NCBI RefSeq assembly: GCF_964355755.1
Contig: NC_092680.1
Location: 4,154,001 to 4,218,000, forward strand
Length of the DNA stretch: 64,000 nt
From: Antedon mediterranea
Taxonomy: Eukaryota; Animalia; Echinodermata
Direction: 5' to 3'
In this document: positions 13,530 to 25,811 of the stretch, piece by piece
Position numbering within the stretch: position 1 is the stretch's first letter
How the letters are laid out: the number at the start of each line of letters is the position of its first letter
Position numbers and translations under genes: made by a program
The notes under the pieces: generated by a model
The model's input: the letters and a program-made list of their open reading frames with translations, nothing else
Told to the model about the DNA's origin: nothing
Database searches by the model: none

Positions 13530-14213
13530 GGTTTTTTTTATCTAAGTAAACAAAGTAAAAAATATAATAATATATAATGTCAAAATTCCAAACAACTTTC
13601 AAGAACCATGCAATTCGCGTAGTCACTAATTATAGCCTAATAGTAATACTAATTTCCACAATCAAGAGCAAGCATAGGCCTATTGATTCTCAGTACATAC
13701 TTTAGGTAGAATAGGCCTACGTCTACTAGAACTAGAAGATAGGCCTAGCTAGGTAGGCCTCCCTCTCTCTAGACTCTAGCCTAGCTAGCTAGAGTCCTCT
13801 GCTGGCGATTCCCTCGGACTATCTATGTAGCTAGCTAGTAGTACCTAATAGCTAGGCCTAGCTAGGTCCTAAAAGGCGTATAGTAGGGGCTAGCCTACTA
13901 GCTACTAGGGCCATGCCCCTACCTAGGCTACTCCTCCTAGGCTAGTATTAGTAAGTAGGCTAGGCTAGGCTAGGCCTAGTAGGCCCAACCCAAGCAAGTC
14001 TAAGCCTAGCTAGCTTGAGGCCTCTAACTAGGCCTAGGCCTAGCTAGGTAGGCCTAACTAGGGCTAGGCTAGCTAGGCTGGTTTATAAATAAAGCTAGCT
14101 AGGCCCTCTACTAGTAGGCATAGCCTAGATTATCTAGGCCTAGCTAGGCCTAGGCTAGGCTTAATGGATTTCTATGATGATTTATGCCTTCATAAATTGC
14201 ATTAATACTAGAC

Positions 14214-14464
14214 CTACACTAACTCTGTGACTAAACACTTCATCCTCTAAACTATTATTACTTTATTTTGTCTTTTCGCGTTCGAACTTCGCTGATTCTT
14301 TTCGCGCGAAATTTGGCAATTATTTTGTAGTGTTTCTCTTCCGGGTCAAATGTCATGTCATGTCAATTCTGTTGTTGTAGCAGCAGCCGTGATTCATATC
14401 CTTCTGACCGCCGACGATCTTTTTTCATTAAAAACTGTATTTTATGAACAATAATAAGTAAAAT
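14214..14464. promoter_or_regulatory. Bidirectional promoter region shared by NSMCE1 and VPS28
   Basis: The two genes diverge. A minus-strand donor near 14213 and an acceptor at 13542 suggest a non-coding first exon for NSMCE1. CpG-containing patch with E2F-like TTTTCGCG (14273-14280), palindromic TTTCGCGCGAAA (14300-14311) and ETS-like CTTCCGG (14338-14344). Confidence 0.6.
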
Positions 14465-17400
14465 ATGTCTATATTCCCAGGTGTGGCTCCCACTAACCAG
14501 ACTAATCAAGGTAAATCTACCATGTATGTACTGTATAATGAAATATAGGATCTATCCTAGGTCTAGCTAGCTAGCTAGGCGGCTAGGCATGCCATATAGG
14601 CCTAGTAGGTAGTTAGGCCTAGCTAGGCTAGGCGGCTAGGCCTAGCTAGGCCTAGCTTTTCTAGATCCTAGCTAGGCTAGCTAGGCCTCCAGGCCCGTTT
14701 TTGGCTGGGCCTAGCTGACTGACACTCAGCCTGCTGAGTGAGTTAGGCCTAGTTAGAGGTTAGGCCTCTGCTGCTACTACTATTCCTACTTTAAGTGATA
14801 TACACCAGTTCCTTGACATTCATTGACAATATAATTGCGCAAGCATATCATCATACTTAGACTAGAGCCTTACTTAGTCTTAGACGACTGTCATCAATCA
14901 ATAGTAATACTGAATCATATATTAATTAATAAATAATGGCTATTACTAAGTAGTAGCCTAGTACTAGGCCTCCTAGTCCTAGTAGTAGTTAGAATGAATG
15001 AATCGAAATTAAAAACAATGAACATTTTATTTTTTATTTAGTCTCTTCATCATCATTTATAAATTATAATACTTTTTTCAAATGTAATATCGCATTTTTT
15101 ATTCAATAAGTTTCTTTTTCAATAAAACAGGGCCTGTTCATCGACCAGAATTATATGAGGTAAGTAATACTCAAATTTCATCAACTTGTCATACTGATGG
15201 CCTCTAGCTTCAAGTTTTTGGAAAATCTGTAGTATTTATTTACAAAAAGAATCAACAGTATTATTAATGAAGATTAATAAAAGCAGACTTTAAATAGGCA
15301 ATTTTGCAGTTTTAATAAAGTTATTCACTTCCGTAAAAAAAAATATTTATTTCGCTTATAAAAAGACATAAGAAACGTTTAATTTTAACCAAAACCCAAT
15401 TGTCTGACAGACAATTTAAGTATTTTTTGCTTTGAATTACATTTTTTCAGGTAAATATATTTTTTTCCCGATCCAGTTTTTGGTCAAAGTGAATTAAAAA
15501 TTTTAGCATATTAAAAAAAAATATTAAAAAAATATTATTTACGGGGACATTATATCTTTAAGTTCACGTAGAAACAGATTTACTGATTTAATTATAATTT
15601 ATAATCTGGAAGTAGATTTCTGGATGCAGACAATTTTAACTTCCTATTGAAATGGTAAAACATTAAGGATATAAAAACTAATCATCTTTTACACTGTTTT
15701 TTTTTCTCCAATACAGGAAGTAAAGTTGTACAGAAATTCAAGAGAACGCGAGAAACATGACAATTCCGCGGAGCTATTTGCCGTAATTAACACAATGCAA
15801 TACCTAGAAAAAGCTTACATCAAAGATGCAGTGTCACCCAAAGAGTAAGATATTCTGTCATTGTTTTCTGAAACAAAGTGATTGTGGACAAGGGGAGTAT
15901 TGAAATCTACTCTGACCATTTGTCTATTTGCAATTCTTTATTTGGTAATCAATGTTTAGAAAATATCACAATTGAATAAAATACATTTGAACAAATAACA
16001 GATTGATTTTAAATTTAAATATGACTTCTAAAATTGTGGTAGTGAAATTCATCATCAAAACAAAAATAGTAACTAAGAAATTATTTTTTTCAATTTTTTA
16101 TCTTTCACTTAACTAACAGTAATACATTATTTTTTGTTATTGTTTTATTTAAAACACATCCAACTTGCCAATTACAGGATAGATAAACTATTTGATAATT
16201 TATTCGTGCTTTAAACTAAGACAATAGAGGGTGGAGTTGAAAGAGTTAGAACCCTGGTCAGGATTGAACCATGGACCTTGGATTGGAAGGCAAGCACAAT
16301 AACCATCAAGCTTCATCTTCATAACAATAGGAATATTATAGGAATTATGATTGATTAACAATTTATACAACATTTATCATTTTGTTTTTGTCAGATACAC
16401 GGCTGCCTGTTCCAAGCTGTTAGTACAATACAAGGCAGCCTTTAAACAAGTCCAATCAGATGAATTTAAGAATGTTGAAGAATTTATGAAGAAGTACAAG
16501 GTCTGTTTCCGAGAATCGGCCATTTTATTTATAATAATAATGATAATTTTATTTATTTTTTTTTAGAATGGTAGTCTTATACAGTATAGCGCCTAGTACA
16601 ATGTTTCTAAGCACTTTACACACAAAAATGATAAAACATCAAGAAAACCAAAAAAAAGAAAAGCAGAGGAACCATTTATACCGCTCCATTCTCCAGCACT
16701 TTCAAGCTCCCATGTGTGAGCCCGCCGGAACAGTATTCACAGGAGCTTGAGTCTATCCTATTCTACCAAAATAATAAGTAAAAAGATGTTGCTTAAGACT
16801 GTTGCTTTAACCCCTTGAAGAACTAGTAAGAAAATGTCACTTCCATTCTCTAACAAAAAAAAGTGTGTGGGGGGGGGGGGGGGCAAGTGCAATGAAGTCT
16901 GGGAAATCGGTTATATAATCATTGTACAAAATTAAGCGTTATAATTGAAAATATTTTGAAAAGGAAAGTTCTGTATTTATGTCACAGTCAATTTTTTGGA
17001 AATTTACTAAAGATTTTGGTATGCTGCCCTCAAACATGAGAAGGAAATAACACGCTATGTCTATTTTTAGCTCAACAATTTGATGAGGTAAAGGGGAAAC
17101 ATGTTTGATTGTTTCTTCAACACATTGTCATTAATACTTTAAAGATATTATTAATATTGATCCCCTCAACAAATAGTTTTTACTTTTGTTGATTGCCATT
17201 TTAATGTCACATAATAGTACTTCATTAGAAAATAATGCTGGTAAAAATGCTGACTATTTAACTTAGATTCATTCATGTAAAGAAAATTCATTCTTGTAAA
17301 GAAAACTATTTCATGTAAATTGGATTGAAAAAAAAAATATCTGATAAAAAATAATGCTGGTAAAAATTCTGACTAATTTAACTTTCATTCATTTATGTAA

Positions 17401-20400
17401 AGACAATTCATTAATGTAAAGAAAATTATCTCATGTTCAAAATCATGTTCAATAAAGTTGAATTCTTATAGATGGACTGCCCCGCAGCACTTGAAAGGAT
17501 AAGAGAGGACAGACCAATTACTATACGAGATGATAAAGAAAACACAAGTGAATGCATTGCACACATTGTATCGGTATGTATAATGATGTATAAAACAAAA
17601 AGTGAAATGACTCTATATAAAGTGTGATTAACCATAACAATAATATGATAATTAAAATTCATAAATTTAAATTCTTTTATTGCAATCAATCAATTGTTTT
17701 CGTTTCTTTTATTTTTCCACTCTTCAAATGATTGTTAAAGAAAAAAGATAACATAAGTGTATGCGAGTGGATGGAGGTCACAGTAAGTTCATTGAACTTT
17801 AAGTCGTGACCCCTGTTTCAGTGTAATAAAAACATGCTATGGAGTAGACTAAAATATATGTTTAAAAATGAGTAAATAAAAATCAATTGTGATTGGATAC
17901 GACAGTATATATTAAAATACAGAATAATGACAAAAATAATTTAAAACAGTTGAGATGGAAGAGTGAGCACTGAAAAAATAAATACAAATTTTCTAATTCT
18001 ACCATTGGTTGAAAACTTAAAGTTGGTGAATTTCTTTTAAAAAAAAATGTGATGTGCCCATATATGGACATGATAATATCATATCACTACCATATCTGGG
18101 CACATTACACTCTTTTTGATAGTGTCGACAGAGTAAAAATATAAATTTAGAAAAAATAGAAACAAATTGCAATGCTTGCAGTTTTTATTTTAATCCAAAA
18201 TAGCATAGTTACATAAATAGAGACAGTAGACATGTTCACAATAGCATAGTTACATATTAATAGCAGGAAAGAGATTCATCCCACACAGTTAATAGTAACA
18301 ATAAAAATGTTCACAATATAGCGTTGGTTCCATAAATACAAATTTACAAAGTGAAAGATAGAATTACGATGTACAATTTGAAACAATAAACAATAAAGAG
18401 AGAAACATGAGACAGGGAAAACTGAAAGTGAACCAAATCACTGTCTAACATACAACAATTACAATATATAACATTAAAAATAATAAATAAACTTTTTTTA
18501 AATATTTTTATCTATGCTCTCCAATAAATCAATTACTAACAGCAACATTACACAATGGCATAAACATATAAATATTATAAATGATTTTATCAGTAAGTGG
18601 AATTCATAAAACATATTTGATAGTGCCGCATAATTATATTTAAAATAGTCTATAAACTTCTTTGAAATTAAATATATTTTACACTCGTAATAATAAGAAG
18701 ATATTAATTTATAAAGCTCTGTCTATACTATCAAACTTTATGTGACAAAAAATGTGATGTGCCCATATATGGGCATGATGATGTCATATCACTATCATAT
18801 TTAGGCATATTACTACCATATTTGGGCACATCACACTTTTTTTGTCAAACTAGTTTACGGTTAAAAGCACTCCAGGTGGGAACCTTTTACAATGTGTCGG
18901 CAACTCAATCAGATTTTAAAACTTAAGGGGAACCCCCTTTTCTATTAAGAGTGGTTCTTAAAAGTGCATGTGATACACTTGGATACACTGGTGCTATGAA
19001 TTCATCTAATTTAGTTTATATTAAAATATTAGTATGATAATTCGTTGACCTTAAATAGCGCTTCACATTATTACCCCAAGTCTGCATACATATTCCTATA
19101 TTATGTTGCAGCCTAATAACATATCATTTAAAATATATTTATACTTTATTATTACTAGAAAATGATGTGGTACTGACAAGAGGAATCAGTCCTATATAAT
19201 AATATTTATTTTAAATCATATGAAATATAATTTTTAATATATTTATATTTTATTATTAGAAAATAATGTAATAGGTACACTGACAAGAGGAATCATCCCT
19301 GTATAATTAATAATATTTATTTAAAATTTATATATATATTATAATTCAATTTAAAAATTTTAAAAATGGAAAAATAATACAATACAGTGTTCCGATTCAA
19401 AATTGCTATAAAGATCAATGAATATAAAGGAACATAATGTATAATTAGTTCATACAGTATTGTATGTTTCTTTGTATAAAGCCTGGTTTCCATAAAATCG
19501 CTACACCGTGTCGCCGACTGCTGTCGCCGACAGAGCGTAGCGATTCTGTGGAAACGCTAAATATTCTTTGGTACACGCATATATGACTCATCGCCGACAA
19601 AATCGGCAAAGTTGAACATGGTTGAACTTTGCCGATTTGTCTGCGATGAATCGGGGAGACCTCCCCGATGCGCGTCGGCGACATCTGCGCGTGTAGCGAT
19701 TTCAATGGAAACCAGGCTTTGCTTTTTAAAAAAGATGTTATAGTTTTTATACGGTGTGTTTCTTTCTATAGATTTTTAAAAAAATGTTTATACTGTGTGT
19801 TTCTTTGTATAGCTTTTTATCACAGTTATGGATAAACTGCGGTTAGACATGAAAGCGGTCGATGAGATTGAGCCAGAGTTACGAGAACTGAATGATACAA
19901 TGAACAGGATGAGCTCATTACCGGACGGCTATGATGGTAAAGAAAAAGTTGCAAATTGGTAAGTAACAAAAATTACTATAAACTAATAACAAAGTAGTTT
20001 GAAATAAATAACTTTAAATAAATTGAATTCATTTTTAAAAATGAATGCTGCCACCATACTGAATTAATAATATTTTTTCTTACATACTGTTGAGCTTATT
20101 GCACAATGCTTCTAAGCGCTTTCCTGGCCATTTTTAGTCTTGTGCAAACGCAACTTTACAGCTCACTGTGTCGGTCAGTTGGTTGGTAAAAACATGTAAC
20201 TCAAATTTGAGCATGAGATTGCAGCCATGTATATGGCCTTGTTTTTTTATCAAACACATGTGGCAACATACTCCCATAATGCAGCTAGTAATCAGCGCAA
20301 AGTTGTGTCTTGATCTATCCGGGTACCCATTTATACACATGGATGGAGAGAGGCAAACATAAGTAAATTGTCTAACTTAAGGATACAAAGAATGCCACAA

Positions 20401-23400
20401 GATTTGGATTTGAACTCATGACCAGTAATCCAACGTCCAAAACACTGCCCCACACACCCTTACATTTCTTGCTGACACCGATTTCTGAGTTCATAACTAG
20501 TTGATCCAATATATCTTGATGAAAACCAGTATCCAACTTTTTTATCTCAACATCCGAATCTCGAAAAGATATATGGTATACTGGTTTTTATAGAAGATTT
20601 AAAAAAATGATTTTATTTAGAAACTTATATTAAGATGCTTTTAATAATTCAACCCAGTCACAGCTTACTGTAAGCAACCTTCCCATAAGCGTAGTTCCCA
20701 TTAGAGACACAGCAACTTGACCAATGATAAAAGAAATGGTTAAATTTAAAAAAAATATATTTTTTTTGCTTTAAATCAGGCTTTTCAAGTAAATAATATA
20801 TTTTTTTCCGGGCTAATTTATGGTCAAAGTGAGTAACCATTACGTGACATTAAAATTGTATATTCCTATCAACAAAATTAAAACATCTTTAATTAATTAT
20901 TTCTTTATTTTCTCACACAATAATAAAAAAAAAATGTACAATAATACTTTATAATAATATATTATAAAAAATAAACATATAACCATTTAACAAAATAATT
21001 ACTTAATTCTACTTTTAGCTATGATCTTATTACTGTATTTTATTTTTATTTTATTTTATTTTATTTTTAATTTAATTTTATTCAATCAAAACCAACAGCG
21101 ATAAATACCGCCACTAACAGGTTTGAAACATAAAACAATACAACATCAAAAACGGTTAACAATAAAATACAGATAAAATATATATATATATATATATAAA
21201 ACATAGATCGGCATGCCATAAACAATTTCAATTAAAACAGGTTATGCAGGCTGTTCAAGAAGTGAACACATAATCGTCCTCTTAAAATAACCAAGTCTAT
21301 CATTGAAAATATCGATATGATTGCTATTTAGATTATTAAATGTATAAGGTAGTCTATGAAAAAGTCCCCTCTTAGTACAGTCGACACGGCTAAAAGGAAT
21401 ATGCAATAAATGTCTATTTCGTGTACGACCAGGAACATTTAAACTAAATAGTGAAATTAATGAACAGTCATATTTAGAATTTAAAATATTATATAAAAAA
21501 ACCATATCAGATATCGTTCGACGATTGCTGACAGAATCAATGGAAAAGGCAAAATTAACACAGTTATAAGACAGGAATCGAACAAACTTCCGTTGAACAG
21601 TGTCGATTCGACGGGCCTGACATGGAGAAATTGAGTTGAAAATTACGGAACAATATTCAAGGTGAGGACGTATAATAGATTTGTATAAAGATAAAAGTGC
21701 CCTGCCGTCGTTCATAAACCTACAATTTCTCCATATTAAGCCTATCATTCTATTAGCTTTTGACAACACATGATTAATATGTGAACAAAAATTTAATTTA
21801 CTATCAATAAAAATACCTAAATCTTTCCATACAGTATTACTGTATGTTATGAAATTATATTGTTTTTGTTTATTATACCATATTTGGGCAACATTTAAAG
21901 GAAATACTGAACATTAATAGACATCATCTGATCATCATCAAGTTGTTTGTTACTTGATTGTCTTTTTGTCAATATTTGTTTGAAGATTTTTAACCTAGTG
22001 TTTGAAGATAAAAATCAAACATCAAAATGAAACAGGAACCCCTTTTCAAATTATTCTTTAATGGATTTAAATATACTATAACCTATTCTAAGATTAAAAT
22101 ACCTAGACAATTAAATCCTTTGTTTTGAAGGTATTTAGTTATCTCTCGAATCTTCATTGGGGACATTTGAATTGTGTATAAGTTACTCTAATTCACTATT
22201 ATTCATATCCAATCCTTTACACATTTTCTTTTTGTATCCAGTCTAGTTCCTGCTATTTTATTACAATATTTTATTCACAAAAAATCAAAAGGCACATTCT
22301 AACTTAATGAGTGATATATTCAAATTATTTCACTTTCTTTTTTCTTTCATTTGTCATCCATTAAATATCAGTAATTGTTCTAAACCTGTATACTTTGACC
22401 TTTATATCCTTAAACCTAATTTTAACCATACAATAGTTAGTGTAATACTTACCATTGAATGGATTATTAGCGAAAGTTGGACTTTATATTTCTTTTTGTT
22501 TGTAGAAATTCATCAAATTTATGTGCGATTTAATTGCAAATAGATAGTTTCAATTTCATTGAAAACCATACACTTGAAATTTACTTTATTACTGTGTTGT
22601 CTACATAAAATACAACATATCCTAATATGGGAATTTAGTGAATTCATTGTAAACCTTAATTCCAATAAAATCGTTTTCTCTCTTTAATTTAACTCAATCT
22701 ATTTATAGTAAAGTAATTCAAATTATTGAAAAACTAGTAAAGATACCCACACTAGATCTTGTACCCCCAAATGGCCTCATCCTCAGTACAATTCCGGTCA
22801 TTCTGATACCCCATGCGTATAGATGCGTTCTTCGGGAAAAATGTGTATAATGAAGAAACTCTCTCATAACTAGAAAGGCACTTAGAGAGTGCAACCCTCC
22901 ACTTAGGAATAGGAAAATGAAATTATATGTTTCCATACAGCTATTAAACCATCCTTTAAAATATTATGAAAATCGGGCAATAATTTTTTGAGTAATCCTG
23001 CTAACAAATATTAATACAAACATGAACATACATGCATGAAAACATAAACTTTTTAGCGGAGGTAATAACATACAAATAATAATAGTATAAAAAAACATAT
23101 TTTCCAAATGCGAAAAGATTTTTTTATTGTACACGAAAAAAGGTATTATTGAGCGACCATTTAATAGTGCGTACTGTTGCACACCATGCGACCAACAATC
23201 GTCCAATCAAATGACAGGAATTTATTTAGTTGTTATATAATATAATATATTGCACATTTTTACTATAAAACAGTTAAAATGATAATTATAATTCTATAAT
23301 GTTCTTCAGGTTGAAGACAATGAACAGTATGCGAGCATCAGATGAATTGGATAGTGAGCAAATTAGACAAATACTGTATGACCTAGAATCTGCATATAAC

Positions 23401-23430
23401 ATGTTTATTCGTGGACTCCAGTCAAAATAG
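14465..23430 (+). CDS. VPS28: ESCRT-I subunit VPS28, ~225 aa
   Basis: Exons 14465-14510, 15131-15159, 15717-15844, 16395-16500, 17472-17573, 19813-19958, 23310-23430 (678 nt, in frame). Translation: [103 protein letters not shown], the typical VPS28 sequence. Confidence 0.97.
16250..16315 (-). mobile_element. tRNA-derived SINE head / tRNA-Gly-like remnant
   Basis: Minus strand GATGGTTA..TTGCCTTCCAA..GGTTCAATCC has A-box, anticodon-arm and B-box-like pieces but no intact acceptor stem. Confidence 0.35.
19477..19720. mobile_element. MITE with AAAGCCTGGTTTCCAT TIRs
   Basis: AAAGCCTGGTTTCCAT..AAATCGCTACAC at the left end and GTGTAGCGATTT..ATGGAAACCAGGCTTT at the right end; palindromic GC-rich interior. 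Confidence 0.8.
20090..20460 (-). mobile_element. tRNA-derived CORE-like SINE remnant with L2-type tail
   Basis: On the minus strand: B-box-like GAGTTCAAATCC, then TATCCTTAAG..TGCCTCTCTCCATCCATGTGTATAAATGGGTACCC resembling the CORE domain, then an AAGCGCTTAGAAGCATTGTGC tail. Confidence 0.5.
21028..21845 (-). mobile_element. 5'-truncated CR1/L2-group LINE (RT C-terminus) with A-rich tail and 11-bp TSD, in VPS28 intron 6
   Basis: Minus frame [58 protein letters not shown]. (TTTTA)n tail at 21039-21080. TATTACTGTAT is repeated directly at 21028-21038 and 21835-21845. Confidence 0.88.
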
Positions 23431-25399
23431 ATGACGCTGAGATGGATTAATGGTTGTTTGATTGTACGCTTTTTATAGGTTCAATTAAAGTACTTTGTAA
23501 AGTACTGTACAATAAAGGGAACAATATCAAATATTGTTTGATAGTCAAACTTGATGTGACAAAAAAAGCATGATGTGCCCAAATATAGCAGTAATATGCC
23601 CAAATATTGTAGTGATATGTCCATATATGGGCACATTGCGTTGTCATACAAAGTGTGATAATGTAAACAGAGCTTTGTTATATATTGACACATTGAGCAC
23701 ACGTAACCTCACTTCTTCCATAAAATAAAATTTATCTGATTCATATAGAAGAATGTACACTAGAAATGTGTGATCAAATAAAAAATAATTAAATAAAATA
23801 ACCATCTTTAGGGTGCAAAAATTTGCTATACAATTTGGCTGGCTGCACGAGAGTTCTAAAAGTTAGAGCGTCTCCCGTAGAAGTATCACACAATTTATTC
23901 TTTTGATTTGGGGACTTTTTTTCACTGCACAGATTTTCTGTACTGATTAAATGTTATTTATTCTCGAGAAAAATGACCAGGAAAGGCTTTTACAAAAGGG
24001 GATTATTTTAAAAAGTTGAGCAAACATATACCGTAATCTGTGATTGATATAGATATCTATTCCCAGGCATAGTAAAGATAATTTATGCATTACAAACAGG
24101 TTCCTGATGTGACTTTACTGTTGTGCTGCCCGCTGTTTACTGCATGAAATCTAATTAAATGCAGTAGTTTTTATCTTCAAAAACTAGCTTGTCATTTTGT
24201 TTTTTATAAATGTGTCAACATCTGACAGCAGGCACATCACTCCTAAATTGTATGATGTAAAATAAACAAAGCATACCATAGCATAGTTTTTTTTCAGTCC
24301 TGACACAAAGTGGCAGTGCCAGGATTTGAACCATAGATCAGTAAGCAGTCATGTAGGCCACCTACCAGTGCCACTAAACCATGCACAAATCAACAAGTTG
24401 TGAGTAGGCCTATTGTACAGCGCTGGCACTTTGTTTTGTTAAGTCAAGATAGTGCTTAGTGAAAAACTCTTAAGGCAAAATATTTGCTTTCATTTTATCT
24501 GATAGATTTTCCCAAATATTTCAATATTTTAAGTTGCATGGATTAACTATGATTGTACTTTTAAATTCAACTGATTTACACAAACTCGAATTTGAAAACG
24601 GATAAATATAAATTGGATACGCAGTGGATGTTTTGACACTGTTATTAAGCAATCTTGTAAAATACTATTGTTTTAATAGTCAAAAGATTAATAATCTTTT
24701 TTAAAGATTAATATAATTATGTACCAATAACCTTTCCATTTTTTTAAACACAATGTTTCAAATTATTAATGTACATATCAAATTGTGTTTAGTTTTGGTA
24801 GTACAATATGTTGTTGTGTATTAATTAGTGTATATTTTAGGTAATATTTAAAAAATACCTTGTTTTTTTGTTTATTCATGTTATGTATACTATTCTTATG
24901 TAGTTGTAGTGTAATGTAACTTACAATGGCGATGTTAAATTTTTCATAAAATTTGAAATGTCGACATTGTGTATTATTTATTACAATTACTAAAATTAAT
25001 ATGTGTAGTAATCACTGATTGGTGTTACTATTAATAAAGTAATATTTTAGAGGTACAGTTAAATTTGTTTTTGTTCTTCAAGATAGTCACAATTGTGTAT
25101 AGCCTCAAATGTGCTTCCAAATGCGAAGTGTATTGCTAAATTGAACAAGAAATATTTTTTACAAAAATCGCCGCTCATCTCACGATAACAACCGTCTACA
25201 TGCATCTCAATATTTATCTTCAAATTTATTCATAGTCTCTCTTTTCCCAGACGTGCTTTGGGGTGTGCGCATGCTCAGTCCAAGTTTCCAAATACCCATT
25301 TTTTTAGCCGTAGTAAACTATAAGCTATCGCATGCTTCCGTTCTCTTGAATAGAACTGCCTAAAGGAGCGGCGCGGAAAAAAAAAGCTGTATTACTTCT

Positions 25400-25811
25400 T
25401 CTACTTATGAGTTGCGGACTCTCCAGAAGGTGGAGAATTGGGCAGCTCGCTTGGTGATGTGTGCAAAAAAGGACGATCATGTTACACGATGTTACTACCC
25501 GTGGAGTCGCGTGTTCAATTAAGATCCTGCTGCTTGTGTTCCGATGCCTAAATAGTTGCGCTCCCAAATACCTCTCAGAATTACTGACAATCAAGGAGAG
25601 AAAGTGAGAACTAAGATCTAGTCATGAGGTGCTACTGGACATTCTGAGGAGCAAGCATAGTTGGGAATACTTTCAGTATTGCTGGACCTGGACTTTGAAC
25701 ATTAAACAAACATCATTATTGAGCAAACTCAAACTTTTGATATTTTTGGCAGCGCCATGAGCAATGACTGTTGGAATGGCGCTATATAAATCGAACGATT
25801 GATTGATTGAT
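25400..25811 (+). mobile_element. Degenerate L2-clade LINE 3' fragment
   Basis: Frameshifted LQKVENWAARLV..DHVT..LPVESRV..KILLLVFRCL..APKYLSELL..LRSS..FSIAGP. Ends with an AGCGCCAT..ATGGCGCT stem-loop, ATATAAAT and a (GATT)n tail. Confidence 0.75.
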
